From assembly GCA_023132255.1 (NCBI GenBank), contig JAGLYK010000011.1, positions 5,847 through 69,846 of the forward strand: a stretch of DNA of 64,000 bases, given 5' to 3'. Position numbers and translations under genes: made by a program. Below the pieces are notes generated by a model. The model saw only the letters and a list, made by a program, of their open reading frames with translations, was not told the origin of the DNA and searched no databases. Source of the DNA: Candidatus Pacearchaeota archaeon (GTDB lineage Archaea > Nanobdellota > Nanobdellia > Pacearchaeales > GW2011-AR1). Shown in pieces: positions 8,626 to 19,269 of this stretch. Numbering within the stretch: the first letter of the stretch is position 1; every line of letters starts with the position of its first letter.

Positions 8626-10211
8626 ATTATCATTATCATTATAAGGATTAATATTCCTATTAAAGCAGTTTTTATATCTAAGGGAGATTTTTTTCCTACA
8701 TTAAACCATGCACTTGCACTTGCCACTTTCCCTTCATAAGTTACTTTTACATAAAAAATATATTTGCCAAATTCTGTGTCTTTTGGAATTTTAAATGTTT
8801 TTATAAAATTTGTTCGCGTTTCTACTGCGAGGGTATCTTGTTCAGATATTATTACTTCTTCCTGCTCATTTTTTATTATATATTCAAGATGGGCATCTAC
8901 TTTTCCCATTTCTCCTAAATTGTAAAGTTCTATTTCAGCTAATAAGTCTTCGCCAGGAAGCACATATAAAAATTTCCTAGGTATTTCTGTTTTAATATCA
9001 AATAAAGCTTCCCTAGATTCTACTTCTATAGCAATTAATATCTTTTCTTCTAATGTGGCTTTTTTAATTAGAATACTCCCTAAATATAAATTTGGAATAG
9101 TGTCTTCCCTTGCTAGAAAATCCAAAGTAATTATTTTTTCTTCTTTTGGCTTAAGTTCAAATTCTGTTTCACTTATTTTTAAAAACTTTTCAAGTTTTGG
9201 ATTTTCCAGATTTATCTTTATTGTTTCTTTTCCTATATTTTTTATTTTTATTGTTTCTTTTTTTGTTTCGCCTTGTTTCAATGAAATTTTAATACTTTCT
9301 CTATCTACTGAAAAATCTTTTTTCTCTGCTTCAATTCTTGTGCTTCCCCCTCCTCCTCCTACAGTTATTGTTTCAGTTTCTGTGACAGGGGTTTCTTCTA
9401 CAGAATAAATACCAAATCCTGTTACATTAAATTCTAATGTTCCTCCTGAATAACTTTTAAGGGTGCAAATTGAAGAAGGACAGATTACATCATCTTTTAG
9501 GATTCGCGGATTGCTAAATGCCAGATTATACATCCAGATAGTTGCGGGTTTGTTAAAGTTTGGTAAGGTGTTTGAATTTAACCCGATGTTATTGAGAGTT
9601 ATGTTAGTATAACTATCTAAATCTAAAATTCCATCACTTGAATTATAATCATCTGTCATATTTATATTTTCTAGAAAAAGTATTTTTCCATAAGTAGTAT
9701 GTTCTAATATAATGTTGCTTAAATTTTGCAATTCTTCATATGGATATATGTTAAAATTTGTTGAATTGCCTTTTGTAGAACCGTTATACTTTTCATACGA
9801 AATGTTTAATAGGCTTGTATCGATGGTAAAAGTTACATTTTGTGTTGTTATTCCTTGGCTGTTATTTGCATAAAGATAGAGAGTATGAAGAACATTGGTT
9901 GTATTAAAATATGTTGCAGATGAAATAGTTGTATTTGCTCCATTATCAAGATTATACCAAATATAATCTTCGCCACTTGCAGAATAATTTAATAATAAAT
10001 TTTTATTTGTTATGTATGTTTCATTTTCTGGAGATATTAAAGTTAATGAAGGAGTACTAATAACTGAAATATTTAATGCCATTGATTGAACTGTAACCTC
10101 TCCAGTAACAGCTTCTCCTGTTACTGATTCCCCTGTTATTTGTGCAGGAATTATTGGATTAATAATTATAAAAAAACATCCTAATATGAAAAATATCCAA
10201 GTTCGCCTCAT
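8562..10211 (-). CDS. Secreted surface protein with signal peptide, many NxS/T sequons and a C-terminal TM anchor.
   Basis: N-terminal hydrophobic signal, about 25 NxS/T sites, poly-G linker, C-terminal ALIGILILIMIMIIIIYRIKHIKKR. Confidence 0.5.
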   Translation of the reverse strand: MRRTWIFFILGCFFIIINPIIPAQITGESVTGEAVTGEVTVQSMALNISVISTPSLTLISPENETYITNKNLLLNYSASGEDYIWYNLDNGANTTISSATYFNTTNVLHTLYLYANNSQGITTQNVTFTIDTSLLNISYEKYNGSTKGNSTNFNIYPYEELQNLSNIILEHTTYGKILFLENINMTDDYNSSDGILDLDSYTNITLNNIGLNSNTLPNFNKPATIWMYNLAFSNPRILKDDVICPSSICTLKSYSGGTLEFNVTGFGIYSVEETPVTETETITVGGGGGSTRIEAEKKDFSVDRESIKISLKQGETKKETIKIKNIGKETIKINLENPKLEKFLKISETEFELKPKEEKIITLDFLAREDTIPNLYLGSILIKKATLEEKILIAIEVESREALFDIKTEIPRKFLYVLPGEDLLAEIELYNLGEMGKVDAHLEYIIKNEQEEVIISEQDTLAVETRTNFIKTFKIPKDTEFGKYIFYVKVTYEGKVASASAWFNVGKKSPLDIKTALIGILILIMIMIIIIYRIKHIKKRLNLNYNLQN

Positions 10212-10249
10212 GAATTAAATAATTAGAAGAAGTATTTAAAAGTTACTTC

Positions 10250-10777
10250 TTATTTTCTTCTCTTTTTTATTATAAAAAAACTTATTACTAAAATTAATCC
10301 TAATATTATATATAGTAAACTTTTGTTAGTTTCTTTTCCTTCAGCTTGAATTTTTTCACCAATAGTAACATTGAATCTTTGCTCTATTTCAGTTCCAAAG
10401 CCAAAAGTTCCTGATTTTGATTTTGTTTCTGTACTAAGTCCTATTCTTACCTGATATAAGTCTCCAATTTGTGCTTCTTTTGGAATTATTATTTTTAGGT
10501 GTACTGGAACTTTATCTCCAGGGATTACTGTATAAATATTACTTGCATCTGTGATGTTTATTATTTCTGAACCTTCCAGGATTCTTACCCTCACATTAAT
10601 ATTTTCTGTTCCTCCACTGTTTTGCAAAACAAATTCAAGTGTTTTTGTTTCTTCCCCTAAAGGAAGTATTAGTTCTTTGTTTTCCATATAAGGAGCAGAA
10701 ACTGAAAAAGCAGAGCCAAAACTAATAAAGAAAAGCATTATTATTCCTCCAATTATTTTATTTTTGTTTATTCTCAT
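10250..10777 (-). CDS. Small secreted protein with C-terminal TM anchor.
   Basis: Signal-peptide-like N-terminus; C-terminal LLYIILGLILVISFFIIKKRRK. Confidence 0.45.
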   Translation of the reverse strand: MRINKNKIIGGIIMLFFISFGSAFSVSAPYMENKELILPLGEETKTLEFVLQNSGGTENINVRVRILEGSEIINITDASNIYTVIPGDKVPVHLKIIIPKEAQIGDLYQVRIGLSTETKSKSGTFGFGTEIEQRFNVTIGEKIQAEGKETNKSLLYIILGLILVISFFIIKKRRK

Positions 10778-10829
10778 TTTGAGGTTAGTCTTTTTTTCTT
10801 TTTAAATGTTAATTAATTTTATGTTATTT

Positions 10830-11774
10830 TTATGGCACTATTTTAACTGTCCATGAGCCTAATTGGTCAGTTGAATATTGCTGCTGGCTTAATTCTGAAC
10901 CAACTTCTCTTAAACATAAGTATAAATTTTCCTGAGCAGTTCCGTTATTGAATGTGAAATTACCTGCATCAAGTGTTGTTCCGTATACTCCGGTATAACT
11001 CATGTTTACCATTGCTGTTGCTTCTGTTGCACCTGATACATTACATTCTATGTTGTCGCCTGTTAAATCATTGAAAGAAAAATTACCTGCCCATAATGCC
11101 TGGCCTTTGGTTGTTTCACCAAATAAGTCAGTGGCATTTACCTGGACATTAGCACTTGTAATGTCCTGGTTTCCTGTGTTGTTTAGAGTAAGATAATCAG
11201 AAGGTGTCTGGTTTGTTGCACCTGCTAAAAGGCTGGTAAATGTTAGAGAAGAAGAGCTCATAACAAATCCTGTGAGACTACCTACTGAACGTGTGTGAGT
11301 GCCGTTTACATGGATGTTGTCATTATTGTCGCTGATATTAGCATAAACTGTCCAGTCACCATCTCCATCCCACCACCGCATGGTTATATTGCATGTGTAA
11401 TTTGCGTAATCTCCTGCAAAATCTTTTACTGCACAAGAAGTGTTAAATTTAGTTTGTTCTCCTGCTTTTGTAAGATTTAGCATTGCTGAAGAATTATCTA
11501 AATTTGTTGCGCCATCACTGTCATTTACAGAAAAATTAATAGTCAAATATGTGGCTCCTGGGCCATCTGTTAAAGTGATTGCTCCAAGTCCTGTAATATT
11601 ATAAATCCAAGGAGCAGTTCCAGTAGTAACTGAAATATTTAAATCAACAGTTTGTTCATCTGTCGCTTTTCCAGTAACCTTCCCCCAAAAATCAGAAAAA
11701 AATCCTGCAGATATTAATGGGATAATTAATAATAAAGCTGCTAAAAAAATAATCATATACACCTTTTTTTCCAT
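10830..11774 (-). CDS. Secreted protein, paralog of the C-terminal module of the giant surface protein.
   Basis: About 60% aa identity to aa 1990-2240 of the 11816-19135 product (LTDGPGATY...CAVKDFAG.YANYTCN...YLCLRE.G.ELSQQQYST.QLGSWT). DNA similarity is also visible (10835-10950 vs 12425-12540). Confidence 0.6.
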   Translation of the reverse strand: MEKKVYMIIFLAALLLIIPLISAGFFSDFWGKVTGKATDEQTVDLNISVTTGTAPWIYNITGLGAITLTDGPGATYLTINFSVNDSDGATNLDNSSAMLNLTKAGEQTKFNTSCAVKDFAGDYANYTCNITMRWWDGDGDWTVYANISDNNDNIHVNGTHTRSVGSLTGFVMSSSSLTFTSLLAGATNQTPSDYLTLNNTGNQDITSANVQVNATDLFGETTKGQALWAGNFSFNDLTGDNIECNVSGATEATAMVNMSYTGVYGTTLDAGNFTFNNGTAQENLYLCLREVGSELSQQQYSTDQLGSWTVKIVP

Positions 11775-11815
11775 TTTAGTTAAATTTTATTTTTATAATA
11801 TAGGTTTTTGACTTT

Positions 11816-14800
11816 TTAAATATTATTGTTTTTTTTTGTTATTGCTCTTGAATAAATTGTCCAGATATTTCTTTGGTCTCTTTTGAGCAGTTTAGCAATT
11901 TCGCTGTATTTCATTTCTTTTTCTTTTAAGTATGTGATAATTGATTCAAGTATTGTCAGTTTTTTATTTTCAAAAATTGAAATTGGCAAGAATATTTTTG
12001 TTTTTTTAATTTCCATCGGCTCTTTTTGTTTTTCTGATGCTTTTTTATAAGCTGTCCATATTGTTCTTTCATCTCTGTTTAATTCTTCTGCAACTTCTTT
12101 ATAAGTCATGTTTAAATTTTCTTTCATATATTTAACTAATGATTCTAATGCTCCAAGTTCTTTAGAGAATATTGTTATTGGAATGTTTAATTTTTCATTT
12201 TTCCTAACTATCTCTAAAATTTCTTTTTTGTTTATTTGATATTTCTTTTTTAATCTTTCAATTATTACCTGGATTATTTCTTTTTTGTTTAGAGAATATG
12301 TGTCTTTTAATTCATCTGCAATTAAATTAAGGGCTTCCAGAAGTTTGTCATCTTCTGCTATTTTTTTCTTCTTTTGTTTTTTCTTAGATTTCTGTCTTCT
12401 TCCAACTGTTAATGCAACCAATGCTATTCTTATTGTCCATGAGCCTAACTGGCTGGTTGAATATTGCTGCTGGCTTAATTCCAAGCCAATTTCTCTTAAG
12501 CATAAATATAAATTTTCCTGAGCAGTTCCGTCATTTTTTGTGAAATTGCCTGCAGAAAGTGCTGCTCCATATATTCCTGTATAAGTCATGTTTACCATTG
12601 CTGTTGCTTCTGTTGCACCTGATACATTACATTCTATATCGCCTCCTGTTAAATCATTAAAAGAAAAATTACCTGCCCATAATGCCTGACCTTTAGTAGT
12701 TTCACCGAACAGGTCAGTGGCATTTACTTCAATATTGTCACCTGTAATGTCTTTGTTTCCTGTGTTGTTTAAAGTGAAATAATCAGAAGGTGTTTGGTTT
12801 GTTGCACCTGCTAAAAGGCTGACAAATGTCAGCTCAGAGGGACTTACAACAAATCCTGTTAAACTGTTTACTGTGAAAGTGTTTGTGTTGTTTATTGCCA
12901 AGTTACTTTCCTGGTCAGTGATGTTTGCGTAAACTTTCCAGTCATTACCAGAGGCATCCCACCACCACATTGTCACATTGCATGTGTAATTTGCGTAATT
13001 TCCTGCAAAATCTTTTACTGCACAAGAACTGTTTATTCTCAGGTCTTCACCAGATTTTGTGAAATTTATTGTTGCTGAAGAATTAACTAAATTTTCTGCA
13101 CCATTTGCGTCTGAAACAGAAAAATTAACAATTATATATGTGGCTCCTGGACCGTCTGTTAAAGTTACTGAAGAAATGCTTGTAACACTATAAATTTCTG
13201 GAGGATTGTCTGCTGAGGTTGTAGTAACACTAAAAATCCCAGTATTATTTACATTCCCTGCTGAATCATTTGCATACCATCTGTAATCTGTTCTATTTCC
13301 AACATTTGCTGGCAAGGTCTTTGTAACATTTGCCCATTCAGGAGTTGAACTCCACATAACCAAACTCTCGTTTGCCCAAGCACCTGAATTATTTGTAGAA
13401 AAAATATAACCTCCGTTTGGATTTAATGCTGAATTATCGGCATATTTAATTGCGAATATTGTTAGTAAACCAGCTGTTGTCTGGTTTGTCTGGTTGCCTG
13501 AATATGTTGGTTTTGTGTTATCAACCCCAGATGGATTCAAATTAACAGTCATATCATCTGTATTATTCTCTGGCACATTTGCACTATACGAAGAATTAAA
13601 CAACACATCAATTAAATAAGATTCTATTGAAGCAGTTGTTACATTTAAAGTCCAGTTGAATTGATATGATTCTCCTTCATTAAGAGTTGTTGATTTGGGG
13701 TTTGGGTCTTCACTCTCTTTAGCCGTATGCCATTTATATACTTTAGCACTAGCACCATCATCAACTGTCCATATAAATGTGCTATTAGTAGTTATACTAC
13801 GAGGGTATGTATTACCATCTGCCTCTGTGTCCCAATCAGAAATATAAGTACCATTCATATGCCATTTATATACTTGGTCATTACCACCATCAACTGTCCA
13901 GATAAATGTACTGTTAGTGGTTATACCAAAAGGGCCTGTATTACCATCTGCATATGTGTCCCAATTACCGATTGCTGTGCCATCCATGTCCCATTTATAT
14001 ACTTGGTCAGCAAACCGGTCAACTGTCCAGATAAATGTACTGTTAGTGGTTATGCCATAAGGGACTGTATTACCATCTGCTTCTGTATCCCAACTAGAAA
14101 TATATGTTCCATTCATATACCATTTATATACTTGAGCACCAATGTTATCAACTGTCCAGATAAATGTACTGTTAGTGGTTATGCCACGAGGGTCTGTATT
14201 ACCATCTGCTTCTATATCCCAACTAATAATATATGTTCCATTCATATACCATTTATATACTTGAGTGCCAGTATCCTCAACTGTCCATATAAATGTGTTA
14301 TTAGTAGTTATACCAAAAGGGTCTGTATTACCATCTGATTCTATGTCCCAATCAGTAATATATACACCTTCTGTTATAACTTCAACAGCATAAAACGGAC
14401 TTCCCCCTTTAGTTGTATTAACAGCAGTATCTGGATTTGCTGTTAAATTATATCTTGCCAGAGCATAAACTGTTCCGCAATCTCTTCCAACACAAGTAAC
14501 ATTAGCTTTTATTGTAAGGTTAGAATCATACTGGTTCCAGTTAGAGTTGTTTTCAGGATACTGGATTGAGACATTTAACCAGCCATAAGGATTTCCATCC
14601 CAAACAGTTCCATCTGGTTCATATGCTGCCCATCTTGCATCAGTTGCAGATTTAATATATGCAACGGCAATATTATCTCCAACCAAACCAACCCCAGAAG
14701 AATGAACTTCAGAAGCTACTGCAGAACCTTTTACATCAACCCCCTCTTCCGATGTTGAACTAAAACGAACTCCATTAAAAGTATTCACAGAAAAACGTAT

Positions 14801-17800
14801 AGTATTCCAACTAGCATCATACCATTTTTGGACAAAATGAGTTGAATTAATAATAGCAATATCTTCTGATACATAACCAGAACTAGCCCCAACGTCTAAA
14901 CCATTATTTCTAATTCCTGAAATACTTGTGTCTGGATAACTATAAGTAGCATAAACTATATCATCATTTCCCTGCTGATAATAACCAATAACCCAATCTG
15001 TTGAATTAAATGCTGCAACTGAAACTTGCTGGGAATCTACAATTGATTCAACAACTACTTTAGTTGGTATATTTGGAATTATAAAAGAAATTTCATCATT
15101 CACATCATCATGCCAGGCAACAACACAATCTGTCTCATTTAAAGCTGCTATCCCAACAGTATCAGCATCTCCTTCATTATCCATTTGACCTGATATTGAA
15201 TCTGGGGAAATTAATGCTGTACCATCATAATGATATTTTGCATAAAATATATCATTAGAAGCATCATCAAAATAAGCCAGCCAAAAAGTAGTGTCATTAA
15301 TTGCATCTACATCAACTCTTCCATCTGTTCCAACAGCGTCATCTACTGTTATTGTGGAGCCAATTTGAGTACCAGCATCATCATAAACAGCAAAGAAAAT
15401 GTCATCTACATTGTCATCAAAATAAGCAATAACCCATAAGGTATTATTTAAAGGAGTTATTGCAACTAAGTTATCATCTAAATCACAAGTTCCTATATTT
15501 GAATCAACTGTTATATTAGCAATTGAAGTACCATTAGTATAATAAATATAAGCTAAAACAGCATTAGCAGCTTCATCACATGCTCCCACAACTATTTTAT
15601 TTTCATCTAAAGGTGCTATAGCTACACTTTCTACATCACTTGTTGAGAAAGTCGGGTCTAATTCAATTGTTTCTCCTGGTAAAATATCTCCCTTTGAAAA
15701 TCCTACCCATAATTTTTTTTGAGCCCATCTTATATCTGAAAGAATAAACCCATTATTCAACAAATCATCATATCTAAAATCATACTCAGAATTAAAATTA
15801 ACCACAGGTCTGTTAATATAATCCTGTATTTCACAATTCCCTTTCCAGTCACAAAGAGAGCCATTAATCTCAATTGAATCCACATTTGAAATCTCAAAAA
15901 CATAATAAAACGTTACATCTTCTATGGCAGTTGGATTTGTATTTTCAATAGAATGGTATATTTTTACAGGAATATTTTTCTTGTCTGAAAAATTTAATAA
16001 TTGCGTTAAATTAACTCCATCAATATAATAGTCTGAAAGAAATTCATCATATTTCCCTTTCTCTAATCTTTTAACTACTGAATCTGTTAATCGATAATAA
16101 TTTCCAGAAACTCCAACAGCAAAGCCAAACTCCCGTCCTTCAACTAAAAAGTCTGCTGAATTCATATCATAGTTTAAGCACGATGTATCAGTCATTATTT
16201 TTGATACAGAATTATAAGAACTATCACAGAATGTTCCGATTAAATGTGATGGTTCTTCGCCCTCCAAAACAGGGTCAATAATATGGTCAAACTCTATTTC
16301 TCCGTCGAGGATTCGCAAATCAAAAGTGTCTTGAGTCCCCTGAAGGTTTGTTAAATAAACTTTATTATATTCATTTGAGTTTAAACTTGTAAACTCTGCA
16401 ATTTTTTCTGTTCCCCCAATTTCATAAACTTCAATTTTTGGAGTTCCATTAATAATTCTTGGATAAATTGTAATATCTTTTGAAGAATCAAGAGGTTGTT
16501 CAAATACAACTCTAATGTAATGAGTGTCTGGAATTGTTTCACTCCAGACATCATCAAGTTGATAAACATCTTCATAAATATCTGAAATAAATTCCCTGTT
16601 CTCGTCGAGATGTTCTGCTTTTGTAATTTCAATAATTATTTCAAATGTCTGGTTGTCTGAACTTGGTGAAATCCATTCAATATAATCATAAATTCCATTA
16701 TTGTTTTTATCCTCAATTTTCTGGACAGGAATATATTTGTTTTGCTCCAACCATTTAATTTTTATTTTAGAAGCATCTTTAATGTTCAGGCTCTCATCAA
16801 GTTCTGTGAATGTTAAAACATTTTCATAAATTATGTTTTCAGGTCCGATAATTTTAATTCTTTTTCCTCTTGCAGTATCTTCCCCAATAGCATAAGGAGC
16901 AGGAGTTTCATACTCAATTTCATATTTTGTTGCATTGTCATCTATTATAATTTCTATTTCTTCCTCTTTTTCTTCTATGTCTATTACTCTTCCTGTTAAT
17001 CTTGAAAAAATATTTTTGAAAAAATTCAAAACAGATTTAATAATTCCTTTTTCTTCCTCTTTGATAACTGTTCCTGTTATGCTGAATTTTATTTTTTGTT
17101 TAGATTTATTTATTTTGTCTGCTGATTCGCTGATGTTTGTTGTGCTTTGTGGCGAGGATTGAGCAGATTTATTAATAATGATTGTTACATTTTCTTCAGC
17201 TATTTCTTCAATTTTTTCTTCTGTTATGTTTTCTATTGGTTCTTTTGTTTCAGAAGCAGAAGGCTCCTCTTTACCAGGCTGTGTGCCTGGAAGTTCAAGA
17301 TTTTCATCTTGATCTAGGGAAGGACTCGAATCTTCCTGAGAAGCCTCCTTACTTGTTTCTGAATATGATTCTTCTATAATTTCTTCTTCAGAAGTCTCGT
17401 CAGAGACTTCGCTTGCCGAAGGTGATTCAACTTCATCTATAATCTTATTTACTATTATGTTCTTGGCTTGTTTTGGCAACTTGATTTTTACAATTCCTTG
17501 TTCTTCTAATTCAATGCTCGTTCTCCATTTTACTGGCTGCCCGATAACTGCCTGATATTGTTCTGTTGTTAAATTTGTTATATTAGTTTCAGTGAGATTT
17601 ATTTCCGAAACAATTATATTAAAGAAATTGCTTTTTGTTTCCCCAAATTCATTGGTTGCGATAATTTTGCTTTTTCTTGTTCCTGTAAAATCCTTGTCTG
17701 GCTGGATTTTTATTGTGTGGTCATAAGTTGTAGTCAAAATATTTTTTGTCTGCAACAAGTAATATTGCTCTGCATCTGAGAAATATTCGCTTATTTTTAT

Positions 17801-19135
17801 TTCACCGACGCTGTTTTTTGGTATTTTTATGTTGGGAATTTCTTTAATTAAAACAGGAGGTTCTGTTATATTAACTTCTGGGATTTCTTCTTCAATTTCT
17901 TCTGTTATGTTTTCTGGAATTTCTTCAGGAATCTTTTCTTCTGGAATTTCAATTGGCGTTATTTTGTATTTTATTTTGTCTAATTTTAATTCAGCATTTG
18001 AAATTTCTATTCTTAATGTGTAGGAAGATTTATTCAAATTCAAATCTTTTAAATCACATGTCTCTTCGCATATATTTGAGAATTCTTTTATTATTTTTTT
18101 TCCAGGTTTTTCTGCTTCCTCTTCTATAACTTCTTCTGGTTTTTCTATTTCTTCAAACTCTTCTTCTAGTTCTTCTGTTATGTTTTCAGGTGTTTTGTCT
18201 GTTGGTTTTTCTTCATCTTCTTCAACCTTTTCTGGCTCTTCCTTTTCTTCTTCAACCTCTTCAGTTTCTTCTTCTTTAATCTTTTCAACTTCTTCTTTTT
18301 CAGAAGCAGAAGGCTCCTCTTTACCAGGCTGTGTGCCTGGAAGTTCAAGATTTTCATCTTGATCTAGGGAAGGACTCGAATCTTCCTGAGAAGCCTCCTC
18401 GCTTGTTTCTGAATATGATTCTTCTGTGTCAGATGTGTCGGCTGATGCCACTTCATTAGAAGTGCTCTCTTCTTCTGCAACTTTACCTGTTATTTTTGAA
18501 AAAGTTTTTCCAACAAATCTAAACAGGGTTTTTAAGATTGAAACTTTTTCTGTTTCTAATTCTTCAATTGCCTTACCTGTTATTCCTTTTGATTTTAATT
18601 TATTGCTGTCGAGTATTAATAGTTCATCAAGATAAATCCTAACTTTTCCTTTGCCTTTGATTAAACCTGATATTTTTACAGAATTTAATATTCCTGGATT
18701 CTCAACCTGCCATTCATAGGTTGTTGATTCATTTAAATCAAGATTCAGTGTTTGTGTGAATTCTTTTTCCCCTATAATGAATCCTGTTGGCAGAAAGGGA
18801 ACATAAAAGAACATTGCGGTTAAAAGTAAAATAGAAACAACAGAAAAAAATCCAATGAAAAAATAATTTTTAATAATTCTCTTTTTTTGTTTGTGAAGTT
18901 CATCTTCACAATCTTTTATTTGGCGATTATGATATTTGACCCATTCAATAATTGTTTTTCCTCTATATTTTTTAGAAACTATTTCTGCATATTTAGTATA
19001 AGAAATCTCCTCTCTATCATATTTCTCCTTTGATTTTTGAAGATATTTTATGAGGTCTTTTTTTATTTTTTTAGAACTATTTATTCTGTTTTTTAATTCC
19101 CTAACTACAGCTTTTGCTATTCGAGTCCTTCCCAT
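11816..19135 (-). CDS. Giant membrane-anchored surface protein (2439 aa) with acidic linker repeats, 5 tandem 46-aa repeats, a duplicated C-terminal module and an HTH-like tail.
   Basis: N-terminal cytoplasmic segment plus TM (FFIGFFSVVSILLLTAMFFYVPFL). Exact 120-bp DNA repeat at 17252-17372 and 18302-18422. Five 138-bp tandem repeats (about 13690-14390) encode WD.EADGNT.P.GITTN.TFIWTVD...QVYKW.MNGTYIS. Many NxS/T sequons. Confidence 0.6.
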   Translation of the reverse strand: MGRTRIAKAVVRELKNRINSSKKIKKDLIKYLQKSKEKYDREEISYTKYAEIVSKKYRGKTIIEWVKYHNRQIKDCEDELHKQKKRIIKNYFFIGFFSVVSILLLTAMFFYVPFLPTGFIIGEKEFTQTLNLDLNESTTYEWQVENPGILNSVKISGLIKGKGKVRIYLDELLILDSNKLKSKGITGKAIEELETEKVSILKTLFRFVGKTFSKITGKVAEEESTSNEVASADTSDTEESYSETSEEASQEDSSPSLDQDENLELPGTQPGKEEPSASEKEEVEKIKEEETEEVEEEKEEPEKVEEDEEKPTDKTPENITEELEEEFEEIEKPEEVIEEEAEKPGKKIIKEFSNICEETCDLKDLNLNKSSYTLRIEISNAELKLDKIKYKITPIEIPEEKIPEEIPENITEEIEEEIPEVNITEPPVLIKEIPNIKIPKNSVGEIKISEYFSDAEQYYLLQTKNILTTTYDHTIKIQPDKDFTGTRKSKIIATNEFGETKSNFFNIIVSEINLTETNITNLTTEQYQAVIGQPVKWRTSIELEEQGIVKIKLPKQAKNIIVNKIIDEVESPSASEVSDETSEEEIIEESYSETSKEASQEDSSPSLDQDENLELPGTQPGKEEPSASETKEPIENITEEKIEEIAEENVTIIINKSAQSSPQSTTNISESADKINKSKQKIKFSITGTVIKEEEKGIIKSVLNFFKNIFSRLTGRVIDIEEKEEEIEIIIDDNATKYEIEYETPAPYAIGEDTARGKRIKIIGPENIIYENVLTFTELDESLNIKDASKIKIKWLEQNKYIPVQKIEDKNNNGIYDYIEWISPSSDNQTFEIIIEITKAEHLDENREFISDIYEDVYQLDDVWSETIPDTHYIRVVFEQPLDSSKDITIYPRIINGTPKIEVYEIGGTEKIAEFTSLNSNEYNKVYLTNLQGTQDTFDLRILDGEIEFDHIIDPVLEGEEPSHLIGTFCDSSYNSVSKIMTDTSCLNYDMNSADFLVEGREFGFAVGVSGNYYRLTDSVVKRLEKGKYDEFLSDYYIDGVNLTQLLNFSDKKNIPVKIYHSIENTNPTAIEDVTFYYVFEISNVDSIEINGSLCDWKGNCEIQDYINRPVVNFNSEYDFRYDDLLNNGFILSDIRWAQKKLWVGFSKGDILPGETIELDPTFSTSDVESVAIAPLDENKIVVGACDEAANAVLAYIYYTNGTSIANITVDSNIGTCDLDDNLVAITPLNNTLWVIAYFDDNVDDIFFAVYDDAGTQIGSTITVDDAVGTDGRVDVDAINDTTFWLAYFDDASNDIFYAKYHYDGTALISPDSISGQMDNEGDADTVGIAALNETDCVVAWHDDVNDEISFIIPNIPTKVVVESIVDSQQVSVAAFNSTDWVIGYYQQGNDDIVYATYSYPDTSISGIRNNGLDVGASSGYVSEDIAIINSTHFVQKWYDASWNTIRFSVNTFNGVRFSSTSEEGVDVKGSAVASEVHSSGVGLVGDNIAVAYIKSATDARWAAYEPDGTVWDGNPYGWLNVSIQYPENNSNWNQYDSNLTIKANVTCVGRDCGTVYALARYNLTANPDTAVNTTKGGSPFYAVEVITEGVYITDWDIESDGNTDPFGITTNNTFIWTVEDTGTQVYKWYMNGTYIISWDIEADGNTDPRGITTNSTFIWTVDNIGAQVYKWYMNGTYISSWDTEADGNTVPYGITTNSTFIWTVDRFADQVYKWDMDGTAIGNWDTYADGNTGPFGITTNSTFIWTVDGGNDQVYKWHMNGTYISDWDTEADGNTYPRSITTNSTFIWTVDDGASAKVYKWHTAKESEDPNPKSTTLNEGESYQFNWTLNVTTASIESYLIDVLFNSSYSANVPENNTDDMTVNLNPSGVDNTKPTYSGNQTNQTTAGLLTIFAIKYADNSALNPNGGYIFSTNNSGAWANESLVMWSSTPEWANVTKTLPANVGNRTDYRWYANDSAGNVNNTGIFSVTTTSADNPPEIYSVTSISSVTLTDGPGATYIIVNFSVSDANGAENLVNSSATINFTKSGEDLRINSSCAVKDFAGNYANYTCNVTMWWWDASGNDWKVYANITDQESNLAINNTNTFTVNSLTGFVVSPSELTFVSLLAGATNQTPSDYFTLNNTGNKDITGDNIEVNATDLFGETTKGQALWAGNFSFNDLTGGDIECNVSGATEATAMVNMTYTGIYGAALSAGNFTKNDGTAQENLYLCLREIGLELSQQQYSTSQLGSWTIRIALVALTVGRRQKSKKKQKKKKIAEDDKLLEALNLIADELKDTYSLNKKEIIQVIIERLKKKYQINKKEILEIVRKNEKLNIPITIFSKELGALESLVKYMKENLNMTYKEVAEELNRDERTIWTAYKKASEKQKEPMEIKKTKIFLPISIFENKKLTILESIITYLKEKEMKYSEIAKLLKRDQRNIWTIYSRAITKKNNNI
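13690..14390. repeat. Five tandem 138-bp coding repeats inside the giant surface-protein gene.
   Basis: tgccatttatatac... recurs with 138-bp period; the antisense ORF 13727-14338 is an artefact of this periodicity. Confidence 0.8.
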
Positions 19136-19269
19136 TACTTATTATATATGTATTATCTCTTATAAATCTTACTATGTATGTAATAAATACTTATTATGTA
19201 TGTATAGCTATTTTTAGAAAACCCACGTGATTTTTATTTAGAATAAATAATTTGTTTAATCTTTTAGAA

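Noticed and set aside
13727-14338. 203-aa plus-strand ORF (MPFIYFSTSTIINCPYKC...).
   Set aside because: It is antisense to the five 138-bp tandem repeats of the giant surface-protein gene. The periodic, low-complexity translation is a repeat artefact.
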